Positions 38,601 to 51,036 of a stretch of 64,000 nt of DNA are shown one piece after another; the first letter of the stretch is position 1, and the number at the start of each line of letters is the position of its first letter. Both the position numbers and the translations under genes were made by a program. The notes under the pieces were generated by a model. It made no database searches, was not told the DNA's origin, and was given only the letters and a program-made list of their open reading frames with translations. The stretch is from Trichosphaerium sp. ATCC 40318 (taxonomy: Eukaryota > Protista > Tubulinea), in contig JALMLS010000208.1 in assembly GCA_038496445.1 (NCBI GenBank), positions 1 through 64,000 of the forward strand, given 5' to 3'.

Positions 38601-38810
38601 GTAACTACTAAAACCAAAACAAAAAAAAAAAACCTGAAAAAAACTCTCAAACTTTTTCCTGCGATTTCCAATCAACCCTTCCTTACTTTCGTATTAGACG
38701 TTTTTCTTAATACGAATTTTAATAGGAGAAAAGCGCGTCAGTTCTGGATGCAACCACCAGATTTACAGACACCTATACAACCTATAAGACAGCAATACTA
38801 TGGAGAGTAA
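32658..38810 (+). CDS. Multi-exon SEL1-repeat / coiled-coil / tyrosine-kinase-like protein kinase
   Basis: SEL1 exons (AHFYLGIMYRRGHGVTRDFSAAFRWL; GEGCAKDEDKALYWFRKAA); kinase GSGSYGVV, VAVK, HRDIA/GRNVL, DFG, GPFRWMAPE, SDVWMFG, ERPSF. That these belong to one gene is inferred. Confidence 0.75.
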
Positions 38811-39074
38811 TTATGCGTTTGTGTAAAGAATAATAATAATAAAATAACAAGTGTACATAAAAATGTAATAAAAACCCAAAAACGAGCTAAAGAAATAAAC
38901 ACTCATTTGTATGTTATTGTCACTATTATGTGCTATACCTTGCATCCGTACTTGTCAGCGTTTTAGTCTCTGTGATCAATATTGAATCAAAACTCAAGTA
39001 GTTTTGATTCTAACCTTGAGCAAGGTAATTTCACATTGCAATGTAGACGGTAGTATTGAAGTTGAAGATAGAGC

Positions 39075-40440
39075 ATGTCAACAAACATGTACTTGAAGCA
39101 ACGTCTTTGGCTGTGCTGGTATATTTATGTGAATCGCTATCAGGATCAGGAGGTAATCAATCGCATGCTACATATTACATTGTAGGCTTGTACAAGAAAT
39201 AATTGGTTCAATTTTATCCGGGTTGTATGCACTAAAACAAGATTGTTTGAGGTTAATAACATAGCTAGGTGTTGCTGTATAGGCTCTGGTTGTCCGGCTC
39301 TGGTTTGTCCGGTAGTTACGCCTGGCATTATAAACAGAAACAGAACTGGATATGAGAGAACAAATATGCTAATAACACTGATTGCACTTCAAAGAGCATG
39401 GTTTGCAATCGTGCGTCTTTTTGTATCAAGTGGTTTTTTGTTACAGAATAATGTCATTGACATTTATTTCAGTTCCTGTCGTAGAAAAGATTTATTGTAG
39501 CTGGACGTGAATGTCATGTTCGTTGAAACTGCACCTGTGTGGATTCTTACAGCTCATGTTTTTTTGTCTTTCATTGTATGTATTGTGGTTTATTATTGTT
39601 GCTATTTGATCGCAGGGTGTTTTGAAGCGATTGCTATAAATCCAGTGCTGCATGATCACTCGCATTCAAATTATCAAGCTTTAACAACGGATAAAGAAGC
39701 ACGGAAAGCACGCGCTGGAAATTATAATCGAGAAGTCATGCCTGACGCTGGCACGTGTATTTTATTAATATGAGTTTTTATTGTTTTGTGCTCACGTGTT
39801 TGATTCAGATTACTGGCTAAACGAACCGCGGGATGACATACAAAATACTGGGAACACAAATCACGTCCTTGGTACTTCCTTTTTAGTCTGATTTGGTATT
39901 TTGTTCTACTTGTAGCTTATTGACATTCACGTTAGGTATGCGTTCTTTGGTCCCTTCATCTTAAAATTTAGTAGGGACTTTATCCACATGTTCTCGTTTT
40001 ATCTATTGTACAACATTTTCCAGTTTGGAAGATTTATCTTTGGATTAAGCGTGCACCCGTTTAAGTTAGAAACAATATTTTACTTGACCGTTGCAATCGC
40101 TGTAAGTTCATTGTACAAAACCGTTTTTGGACAAGATGGGGAGTGATTCTTTTGTTACTTCCGCATGTATTTTGCAGTTCACATAAAAACCGCAATACCA
40201 ATGTTATCATGTAGTCTACTTTTGTTGCTATAGAAACTATTGCTATACGTGCTTTTAATTGAATGTTTACAAGAGGTGTAAGGGTCTTATTCACATGTTG
40301 TTGATGCTTCTTCGCAATATATGATGCAGTTTTTACTAGCGGGCATGGTTGATTTTTCACTATTTAGGACTTGCTTGCTGTAATGCCATAATACTCATGT
40401 TCCGCCTAAATGGATCAAAATATAAAGAAGAAACGATAAT
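39075..40440 (+). CDS. Multi-exon polytopic membrane protein, possibly degenerate
   Basis: Several hydrophobic exons (e.g. VWILTAHVFLSFIVCIVVYYCCYLIAG) separated by short introns. Confidence 0.45.
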
Positions 40441-40487
40441 CTATCGTCTTACAACTCAGTTTTTTGTTATTGTTTACTTTGTACTAG

Positions 40488-42557
40488 GTGACATACAGTG
40501 GACCGCTGAGAAGTGAGACTTCTACTACTACATTTACAAACTTCAGGTTGAATTGCGCTTTCAAGCTTGGTAGCCGCACGTGGAATATTGCCGGTTTCTT
40601 TGCTGCCGATGGTAACGCTGCGGAAACTTCATCTACGTCTGGTAATAAGTGGCGTTGTATATTTACTCCACCGTTTGATGGTAAGTGTCTTTATTTTCTG
40701 TTCGGAATATTCTAAGTTTTGACGTTTGATCTACAGGAACATACACGGTTATCGCTTCTTTCAGAACTGGTACTGATGTCGCGATGTCTTTTAGTCCGAC
40801 CGCTGGAACAGCTACTTCTTTCAATGGTAATTATCAAACGTTTACTATAAGTAGTTCTGGTAGTGATAAGCGGCACGTGATCTTCACTTTTTCGAAAAAA
40901 ACTAAATTATCGTTTAGGAACAACGGTATCTTGGAGTATGTTGGCGAACACTACATGAGATACTCAAGAACAGGAAAATATTTTATAAAGGGTGGTACTA
41001 ACTCTCCTGAAAACTTCTTAGGTAACCGTTTACAAGTGTGACATATCTTCTAATGTTGTTTGTTTAACAGGATATTCTGGGTTTGACAATACACCACAAG
41101 CCAAGCACCGGTATCAACCTCATTTAAGCGACTGGGAGGAAGGTGATCCAACATGGAAGAACGGCACGGGTAAAACTATGATAGGTACACAAACAGCGTT
41201 TTAGCTCCTTTTAATACATTGTGTAGGCGTGTTGAATTACCTTGCAAATAAGGGTATGAACTCCATTCAATTCCTTACAATGAACGCTCCACTTGGAGAA
41301 GGTACATACTATTGTTTGGTTTCTTTTCATTAAGCGTTTACAGGCAAGGACGTCTATCCTTGGATATCAACAAGCTCTAATGATATGTTTAAATATGATG
41401 TTAGTAAACTTGCTCAGTGGGATATCGTCATGACTCACATGGACAGAAAAGGTACATCCACTGATATTTATTATAAGATCATTAATGGTTCTAAAAGGTC
41501 TGATGCTTCATATTGTGACTCAAGAGACTGAGAACGATCAACAACTTGACAATGGTAATCTTGGTAGAATTAGAAAACTCTACTATCGTGAAATGGTTGC
41601 TCGCTTTGGATATCACACTGCGATCACGTGGAATATCGGCGAAGGGAATACTAATACCGACAGCCAAAGAAAAGCGTTCATTGATTACATTGATAGATTA
41701 GATGCGTACAACCACCTAATCGTTTGTCGTGCACATTTTACTGAACAAGTGCGTATCCTATACACCATTGTATTTGTCCTATTGTAACTGGCTTGCTTAG
41801 GATACAGTTTATGGACCTCTTCTTGGAAAAGCTAACTTTAACGGAGTTTCACTACAAGAACCAAGGCCTGATCTAGTTGCAATTGATACCAAAACATGGC
41901 GGACAAGATCTGTATGTATTCCAACCCGCAGACTTGATTTTAATTGATTAATAATTGTTAGCATAATCTTGGTGGTTTTAAATGGGTTGTAACAGCAAGG
42001 TGTCCAACCTGATCCTCCAAGCCTTCAACACGACTTTTTCCGAACTCATAGTCTTTGGGGAAATCTCTTGCAAGGTATGTGAACAAACTGAAAGAGCGTG
42101 GAATACTGACTTGTTGTTAAGGTGGTGCTGGTGTTGAATGGTATTTCGGATATCATGATGATCTTAACTTGGAAGACTTCCACTCACGTGATTCTGTTTG
42201 GGGTTGGACAAAACATGCTCTGGACTTTATGGATAGGTAGCAAACTTTATTACTACAAACGACTACTAACAGATCTCTAGAATCCCGTTTGTGAGTATGA
42301 GACCTTGTGATATTACTGGGTTCTACGGATATTGCCTTAGACATGATAATTTCTTTGTATTGTCTTTGCCTACCGGGGGTTCATTGAGCTTGGTTTGGAT
42401 GATAGGTAGTGGCACATGGCAAGTCCAATTCTTCAACCCAAGAAATGGTGTGTATAACACATACGAGAGCATCGTTAACAAGAAAATTACTGCTCCAGAT
42501 ACACAAGATTGGATTGCTATTGTTAAACCACTATCATACACTATCCCTACAAACTAA
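40488..42557 (+). pseudogene. DUF5060-like bacterial-type putative glycoside hydrolase, copy 1 (decayed)
   Basis: Exon-by-exon paralog of 53462-56380; WNIGEEN is WNIGEGN; ~23-nt frameshifting deletion at ~41995 removes SDEIGPAS; no matching N-terminal exons seen. Confidence 0.7.
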
Positions 42558-42841
42558 GTTAAAAATCAATAAAACAATTTTTTATTGCAGTCCCACAAAC
42601 GTTATTTTACAAATTTCTCAGCTACTCTTGCCTGTGTGTCCTAGTTTTTAACACAATACATCATCACAAAAATTAATGTCATACAACTGTTGAGTCTTGG
42701 CTTGAAGTGTTTTACTTTTGTTTTAACACTAATGGAACACTATTTCATCCCAAGCAATGCACCTGTCAAGTAATTATCACGTTTGTAATCCAGATCCAAG
42801 AAATCTCTTTTTTATTATCAATGATATATCCAGTTTTGTAC

Positions 42842-43339
42842 TCACCACAAAAACTTAAACATCTCAACTGGTATCTTTTGAAAGACACAAGAAAAGTTGT
42901 CTTTCTTCATAAAACCTATCCACAGAATTCTTTCAATATCCCAGTCCCTGACATACTTCTTGCACTTTAAATGCTCTGGTCGATAGTGAAATACAGGTTC
43001 TGAATAAAGAGTATACTTACGGCTAAAAAAACGGTGATTGTAGGGTGTAACCGCCTGTTGTTCGAAAGACAATAAAGAACTTCCTTGACTATCTTTTTTT
43101 CCCCAATGTTCTAGTCTTCCTGTAGCTTTAAGGCTATAAACCAATTTACTAGATGCGTTTCCATTCCTTACAGGTCCCAGAAAGTACGTTGTGTATATCA
43201 AATAGCCAGTAGCGCTATCAATATCAAGTTTGTGTGTTCTTTATCACCACGTTCGGCTTTATATGTAGCTACTGTACTACTTTGTTACCATACGTTTTAA
43301 CCTCGCTTCCCAGGAACCAAATACCACTACCCTCGTTTG
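42842..43339 (-). pseudogene. Degenerate host gene fragment at the LINE-B insertion site
   Basis: ORF 42842-43201 ends in ERILWIG...CVFQKIPVEMFKFL (F-box-like tail); upstream frames are broken. Confidence 0.4.
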
Positions 43340-43351
43340 CTCAGTTTAATG

Positions 43352-43383
<32 letters not shown>

Positions 43384-43398
43384 AATAACGATCTTTAT

Positions 43399-43455
43399 AC
43401 AGCCAACCCACCTCTAGCCTCCAAAGGGCTACGCCAAAGCGTTTGGGTTGGCTGT
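43399..43455 (-). other. Three-way-junction hairpin in LINE-B 3' UTR
   Basis: Perfect 12-bp stem ACAGCCAACCCA/TGGGTTGGCTGT enclosing two small hairpins with UUUG loops in the sense RNA. Confidence 0.7.
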
Positions 43456-44167
43456 TGTAATGAATGCTATGGGATTACATTATTATTGTTAGTTGTGTTG
43501 GGAAAGAGGGGTATTGCATTTGCAATAGGGAGAAATTGACGCATGTGTGTAACTTTAGCTTGCCATCTAATATAATGCATCGGGACATGTTGGCCCTTTG
43601 ATTTTTTTAAGGAATGGGTTTCACGGCATCTGTTACGGTACTTAGTGTATAAAAAGGTGATGTACATGTGATTTAATCGTTTAGCTAGGGCGTTGATTGA
43701 GTTTGTTTTGTTAGTACCGGTTTTCTTTTTTAGTTCACTGATAAGTTCTTCTGTAACGTAACCTTGAGAGCCTCTAAAATTGGTAGGGTCGTTGTTGTTA
43801 TTGGTTAGGTACCAGGGTTTAATATTGTAATCTTTTGTTTTGATTGTGAGGGAACTACCAAGTTTAGCTAGTTCTATTTGGTCAGGCGATGGGTAGGTTT
43901 TATTCTTGGTTGGCCACTTAGATTTGCAGAAAAGGTTGTTACCGCCTGCATGTTTGTTGTATAGAGCGATAGGATTGTTTTTATCTTTGTTTTTTCCTAA
44001 AAATTCTTGTATTATTCTATTTGTGTGATATTTTATATCTATCTTAGATTCAACGTTATTGCATGTGCAAAAATGTTTGAAGTTTTCTGTGCATTGAATG
44101 TTTTTTTGTTTACATAAAGTACAATAACTATTAGGATATTTGATCTGGTTATAAAGTTGATAAGCTT

Positions 44168-45277
44168 CAGTAGTAAAATAGAAATGGGAATTTTTAAGTA
44201 ATCCACCCTGTTTTCCTATGGGAAAAGTAGACGGAAAAACTCTTCCTTCATTCCCATTGAATTTATATGAAATTCCGTAAGTATTACCCATAGAATTCTT
44301 AGAATATTACTTTTGGAATTGTGTATGTATTATATATAGAATTCTCTATGTATTCTTTATAGCATTTCTTAATGTATTTTTTGTAGATTTCAATAAAAAA
44401 TACTTTATAAATTACACAAAATATTATTTGATACTTTGGTTCAGATTTAATGCAAAGTCATTTTATTTATTGATCATTACAAATACAAACATCCTAAATA
44501 ACACGTACAAGTTAAATATATCGTGTCTTCATAAACGAAAGAAGTAATTTGATCGCATTTGGTTTTGAGAGCCTGAACAATAATTAATGCGTTTGTAAAT
44601 GCTAAATTAAGAACGCGTAGGGTTTTTTGATAAATTAAGTGGAAATAAACTTTAAAAACAACATACTTGGAGTTAATGCTTTAAATACATCCTTTAATGG
44701 TGTAATAAGGCTGTTGCAATGCTTTAATCATCCTAAAACAGATAAGTAAGAGATATTTATGTTTAAGTGATTTTCCAAACCACCTAAAACGCGTTCTCCG
44801 TTACTTTTTGGATTAACGCACTTTAACCTGTACCATTGGTTTTTTCACCTTTAATAATAACATGTGGATATTGTTCGCTAGAAAAACCTATGTACCTAAG
44901 GTGTCGATGGTTTTTTGCAAATATAAAACTAACCCTAACCCTAACTTAATTTGTACTTTCATAAACCTCAACCCTAGCCCTAACCCTAACCCTAACTAAA
45001 TTAGTACATTATTTGCTGGATTTTGTACAATATGGCTCCTAAAAGTACGCACTAATACTTTACCTCTTAATGAGTTCCAACATAAACGCAGTAAGACTAA
45101 AGGTCACATCCATCAGTGGTAAAATGAAAACGGGATTTTGGATATAAATCCCACTAAATTCCTTTGTTTTAGGGATTTTTAAGGTAATTTGTGAAGAATT
45201 CTTATTTTTATTTTTTTTATGGCAGGATTTTTGATAGAATTACCATAATATTCCCTTAAATACAGAATTTTCAGAAT
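44168..45277 (+). mobile_element. MITE copy A, right end inverted together with 81 bp of LINE-B
   Basis: 44168-45032 is nearly identical to 48887-~49753; 45114-45277 is the reverse complement of the right end of copy B. Confidence 0.9.
44929..44996 (+). repeat. Internal (CCCTAA)n telomere-like repeats in MITE A
   Basis: CTAACCCTAACCCTAAC and AACCCTAGCCCTAACCCTAACCCTAAC; same blocks at 49649-49717. Confidence 0.85.
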
Positions 45278-48200
45278 TATATTAAATTTTTTCTAGATCT
45301 TCCATGGTCTTTAGCATTGTTTTGTAAACTGAGTACATGTTTTTCGTGTTGTATGGATTTCAATTTTCTGAATAGGTTACCTTGTATTACCCCTGTCAGT
45401 TTTGTTATAACCCAATCTTCACTTCCAACCGGTATATTTTTTGAAGGTATGACTGTAGTAGTTGATATGCCTGCCATTCTATCTGCTATGTCATTTAGGT
45501 CTATGAACAATGATTTTATTTTTTTTGAATATTTCTTTTCAATCTGTGTTAACCTATGCGCAATGTTAAGTCTATTACGTTTCTGTTTATCTGTTTTTGT
45601 ATGACTTGGAATCCATTCAAATGCTGTCGAACCAGATCTTATACTTAGTTGGTGGTGAATGCGATTTAGTGTATGAGCGTGATCAACTTTCCTTTGTTCA
45701 TTTATGGGTTTGTCTTTCCAATTTTCAATACCATTGATTGCTGATGTGGAGTCTACTAGTATCATGATGTCTACTTCTAAGGGAGCTAATTTGAGTGCAA
45801 GTTCTATTGCTTCCAGTTCTGCATTCGTAGATGTTTGTTCAAATAGCACAGTGCGGTTGAATTTCATCATTGTGTTGAGTACAACTGAGAAGTATGCACC
45901 TTTAGAAGTTACTGAACCGTCAGTAGCCAAGACATATTTTGATTGAATTTTGTTGCAGTTAGCCTCAAATGTCTGCTTGTCCATTCTGTTAATTACGTGT
46001 TCTGTTCTATGAATTGAACTATCAGATTTATGAATGATTTTTATTCCTAGTTGTTTACAAATTTGTGTTGCTTGGCATATCATATGATTAGGGTGGAATT
46101 TTTGATGAGCTAGGCGTATGCTTGCATTTGTGATCGATTTGGCTAATTTGTTTGTACTGTTCATGCCATTAGAGATTAAATTACTGATATAGCCAGCATT
46201 TTGTAAGTCAACTAATGGTTCAAGGCCAAGACCAGTATGTTTCAGAAAGATTCTTTCTGGTTTTAGTTTCCAAGGTATTTTTGCGTCAGATCTTAAAAGA
46301 TCTGCAGCATTATTATCACATTTTTTTAAGACTATCGGATTGATGAACATTGCGTTGGTTACAAATGATATGCCTGGGTTAATAACACGATTGATTATTG
46401 TTGTTTTTTGAGTTGCGTTGAAGCCCTTGAATCAAATCAGAGATAGACCATTAGCATGTCTTCTTTTAATTTCAGTCGTTTGGTCTGTGTTGTCTAGTCT
46501 CAGGTTAATTAAAATTCCTAAGTCTTTATATGATTCTTCTGGTTTAAGAAATGATATACGTTTATTGTTTGCTTTGGGTGGTGGAAAGAGCGCTGATGGA
46601 TCAGATCTGCACACATAGGAAAATGCCGATTTTTTCTCATTAATCTTCATGCCATAGAAACTGCACCATTCTTGAAGTTTATTGAACATCTTTAACAAGT
46701 CTTCATATGAGTTTGCTATTAGTTTTATATCATCAGCATATGCTATGATAGGTACCTTTATGTTAGTATTGGGTATGTGATAACCACAGTTCATAGACTC
46801 TATCTCTTTTATTAATACATTTGCAAACAGTGTAAAAAGTAACGGGCTGAACCCATCTCCTTGTTTGACTCCTTTTTGGATGTTGATAGGTTTTCTTCCC
46901 ATTGGTAATATTATGTCAGCTTTAATCTCCTTAAAAAGGCTTAAGATTATTTGTTGGATTTCAGTATCAAAGCCTTGATGTTTTAACGCATGATCAAGTG
47001 CCCAGTATTCTACAGAATCGTACGCTTTTAAAAAGTCAATGTAAATAATAAAGATATCTTTGTTATTGGCTTCAGCGTTTTCAATAATATTTCTGTAAGT
47101 TCTTTGTGCCATGTTGATGTTTCGGCCTTGGTAAAAACCATATTGAGATTCGCTCATTATCTTGTTTTTTTCCACAAACATTGCCACCCTGTTGTTAAAA
47201 ATTTGTGAGTAGATTTTATACATGGAATTCAGCAGTGCTATTGGTCGATAGTTTGAGGGATCGTGCTGGTTCCCCTTTTTTTTGAGAAATATTAAGTTAC
47301 TTGACTTCCATATTTCTGGTATTGTTTTGTATATTCTACAGTCATTGTACATCATAAGAAGCATGTCCTCTATCTCTGGTGGTAAGTTTTTGTAAATTTC
47401 CATTCCTAGATTGGTATTTCCTGGTGCTTTGAAGGCTTTGAGCTTGTGAATAGCATTAAGCATTTCTATTTTTGATATTGGTTCGTGGAATATTTCATTA
47501 TTATATTTTGTATTGTTTATTTTGAAGGATTCAGAAATAAGCTGTACTGGTATCTTCTGTTGGTATTTGTTTGGCTTGCAACTAGGGTGAGGATATTTAC
47601 TAGCAAAGATTGTTGCCCACTTCTTAGCAAAAACGTCTAAAATGGAATTTTGATTGAAGAAAAGTGTTTTGATGCCATTGAGGTTGCCTTCAATGTAACG
47701 GACAAACTCAGATGATTTTCCTTTATTTATCTCATATCTTTTTATATCTCTAATTTTTTTAAACAAGGCTCTTGAAGTTAGTTCTGTCATGGCTTTGCAG
47801 TAATAGTTTTTGTGTGACATATCCATCTTGTGTTTGCAACCACGTAACCATTTGTTATAGGTTTTGAGGTTTGTGTCAATAACGTCACACAATTCCATTC
47901 TTATAAAGCTCTTGTTATAAAAGGTGGGTAATAAATGTATTCGTGGATTATCATTGTCACGTGTTATTCTTTTATTGATTTCATTGGTTTCAGTCTTTAT
48001 TTTATTTATCTTAACGTTAGTTTCTAAAGTGAATTTTTGTAGTTTGTTCAATTTTCTGATCATAGATTCTATCCTCATGTATTCACCATTGTTCTTGAAG
48101 TCGTGTTTCTTACTTTTAATGTTTCTTTTTGTGTGATGTTTCACATGAGTATGGATATCTCTTGTTAACATGTATACAAAGCTGTTATATTCATTATGTA

Positions 48201-48886
48201 TTGAGAATTCGTCTGACATAGCTCTTGCTGCCTTAAATTCCTTTTTTAGATCAGTAATATCCATTGTGGCAAGTATGGATTTCAAGTCTATGTTTCTTGT
48301 TCTTAGACGATTAGGATTTGACATAGGTTTGTATTCTATAATGTCTTGATGATCCATTGATTTTGATAACTTACAAAGAATGGGGCTATGGTCTGATAGT
48401 GTCTCATTTACCAGTGTTATTAATTTTTTTATGTTATCTGTATTGGAGGTTAGTAGGTAGTCAATACGTTCTAATCTTAAGAATTTCCTAGCAGGTTTTT
48501 CTGTTACAATAATTTGACTATAGGTAAATTTATGTTTCGTTTTGGGTAGACAATGTACTGGGTCAAACAAACCAAGACCTTCTTTGAAAGTGTTTATTAA
48601 AGCAAGATATTTTAGTTCAGATGTGTGGCATTTTACTAATTCGTTGTTGATTAGTGCTTGTCTGTCATCTGGTGATTGGGCTATATTCCAATCTTTGATG
48701 AACATTGTATTAGTAAATTTGTATTTGGTGCATAGGTTTGTTGTAAGTTTTGTTAGTATTTGTAATTGTTCAAGTTTAGACTTTAGGTGGTAAGCGCTTA
48801 TATATACATTGTTAAGTAAGGAAACATTTTGTTTATAGCGGTCGTTGATGGTAATTGTTTGGACAAAGGGGTATTTGGTTTCAATA

Positions 48887-49918
48887 CAGTAGTAAAATAG
48901 AAATGGGAATTTTTAAGTAATTCACCCTGTTTTCCTATGGGAAAAGTAGACGGAAAAACTCTTCCTTAATTCCCATTGAATTTATATGAAATTCCATAAG
49001 TATTACTCATAGAATTCTTAGAGTATTACTTTTGAAATTGCGTATGTATTTTATATAAAATTCTCTATGTATTCTTTATAGCATTTCTTAATGTATTTTT
49101 TGTAGATTTCAATAAAAAATACTTTATAAATTACACAAAATATTATTCGATACTTTGGTTCAGATTTAATGCAAAGTCATTTTATTTATTGATCATTACA
49201 AAATACAAACATCCTAAATAATACGTACAAGTTAAATACATCGTGTCTTCATAAACGAAAGAAGTAATTTGATCGCATTTGGTTTTGAGAGCCTGAACAA
49301 TAATTAATGCGTTTGTAAATGCTAAATTAAGAACGCGTAGGGTTTTTTGATAAATTAAGTGGAAATAAGCTTTAAAAACAACGTACTTGGAGTTAATGCT
49401 TTAAATACATTCTTTAATGGTGTAATAAGGCTGTTGCAATGCTTTAATCATCCTAAAACAGATAAGTAAGAGATATTTATGTTTAAGTGATTTTCCAAAC
49501 CACCTAAAACGCGTTCTCCGTTACTTTTTTGATTAACGCACTTTAACCTGTACCATTGGTTTTTTCACCTTTAATAATAGCATGCGGATATTGTTCTCTA
49601 GAAAAACCTATGTACCTAAGGTGTTGATGGTTTTTTGCAAATATAAAACTAAACCCTAACCCTAACTTAATTTGTACTTTCATAAACCTCAACCCTAGCC
49701 CTAACCCTAACCCTAACTAAATTAGTACATTATTTGGTGGATTTTGTACAATAATTCTGAAAATTCCGTATTTAAGGGAATATTATGGTAATTCTATCAA
49801 AAATCCTGCCATAAAAAAAATATAAAATAAGGATTCTTCACAAATTACCTTAAAAATCCCTAAAACAAAGGAATTTAGTGGGATTTATATCCAAAATCCC
49901 GTTTTCATTTTACCACTG
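48887..49918 (+). mobile_element. Non-autonomous Tc1/mariner-type DNA transposon (MITE copy B, 1032 bp)
   Basis: Imperfect TIRs CAGTAGTAAAATAGAAATGGGAATTTT / CAGTGGTAAAATGAAAACGGGATTTT, TA on both sides, no ORF, clean excision restores the LINE frame. Confidence 0.92.
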
Positions 49919-51036
49919 TATGTTTAATTCGATGAGATATTGATTTTTTTGTTAGCATTAATAGTCCACCAAGAGGTTTAGCAAGATTGGGGTTTATTTT
50001 TAAGGTCCTGCGTTGTATAACAGAGATGTTAGTATCTTCTTTTCTTATCTTCTTTGCTTTGTAAGCAACATATCTAGATTTGGTTTCATGTAATGTTGGT
50101 AGGTTAAAAGAATAATCATAATTTTTGAAATGTGTTTTCATTATCATTTTGAAAGTATGACTCTTGGTTTCTTCAATGTCTAAGTGGATCTCTTGTAGGC
50201 AAGCTATGTCCACCTTTTGTCTATTTATTGTTCTAGAAATTTCTTCAGCTTTTCTTTTAAAGGCACCACGGATATTCCATGAGATGATTGTGATGTCGTC
50301 AGTGGATCTTCCTCCACCAATTATTGGTTCAATCACTGAAAGTGTATTAAGGTTTCTTAGGTTATAACTGGTTAGTTTTATACCTTTACATAATGGTTTG
50401 GTATTGAGGACAAGAGTTGCATTTTGGCTAATTAGTTTTAGTTTAATTGCTTTTTTGTATAGGTCATTTGTAAAGGACGTTGGATCCATTTCAATCTGAC
50501 GTTTATTAATACTGAATGTAGTTTTAGTGTTTACAATTGTCTTTGGCATTTCCTCTGGTAACGGTTGCCTTCTGATATGATTTGATATGCTTATACTTTT
50601 TGCTTGTAGATAGATAAAAGGTTGACAGATAAGGAGAAAGAAATTGATTAAATCGATTTGTTTTTGAATCTTATTTGTTTTAGAATTACGGCTATTGACT
50701 TTTATTTTAATTACAGCAATGTTATATGAACACGAAACCAGGAGAAATAGAAAACAGAGAGAACACCAGGATACTTTATTAACTGAATAGTGGATTTTTT
50801 TACGTTTTTGTTTATGAGAGAGATTTTTTTGAAGACGAGCACGTGAGAATAGCAATGTAAAATAAATTATGTTGATAGTTTTTCTTATGTTAACAAAAAA
50901 GAAAAAGAGAACTTGTGTGAGAAGGAGGAATAATATAAGACACGACACAATAACAAGAAAGTTTATTAGTGAGACAAGGGATTTTGATAAAGGCAAACGT
51001 TTTTTGGTAAGTGTCTCAGGCTGTGATTGGTCACAT

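Larger units (their letters stand above)
43467..50300 (-). pseudogene. LINE-B pol (APE-RT-RNase H-Zn finger), interrupted
   Basis: Removing MITE 48887-49918 plus one TA restores ...SHRIKHIETKYPF...NNVYIS... in frame with 46432-48705; in-frame TGA at 46432-46434; second MITE and inversion at 44168-45277. Confidence 0.9.

Noticed and set aside
43234-43380. A + strand SINE or retrocopy owning the poly(A) run
   Set aside because: The 12-13 bp TSD sits immediately left of the A run and its twin is at 53263, so the run belongs to LINE-B.
44168-44291. N-terminus of the 274-aa ORF 43467-44291
   Set aside because: This part is MITE sequence read by chance; only 43467-44167 is LINE pol.
44929-44996. 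Telomeric repeats as a chromosome end or fusion point
   Set aside because: Short, interrupted and internal to both MITE copies.
50700-50990. Envelope gene in the LINEs
   Set aside because: Hydrophobic stretches coincide with U-rich intron and polyA regions and show no ectodomain or fusion motifs; a membrane role remains a hypothesis.
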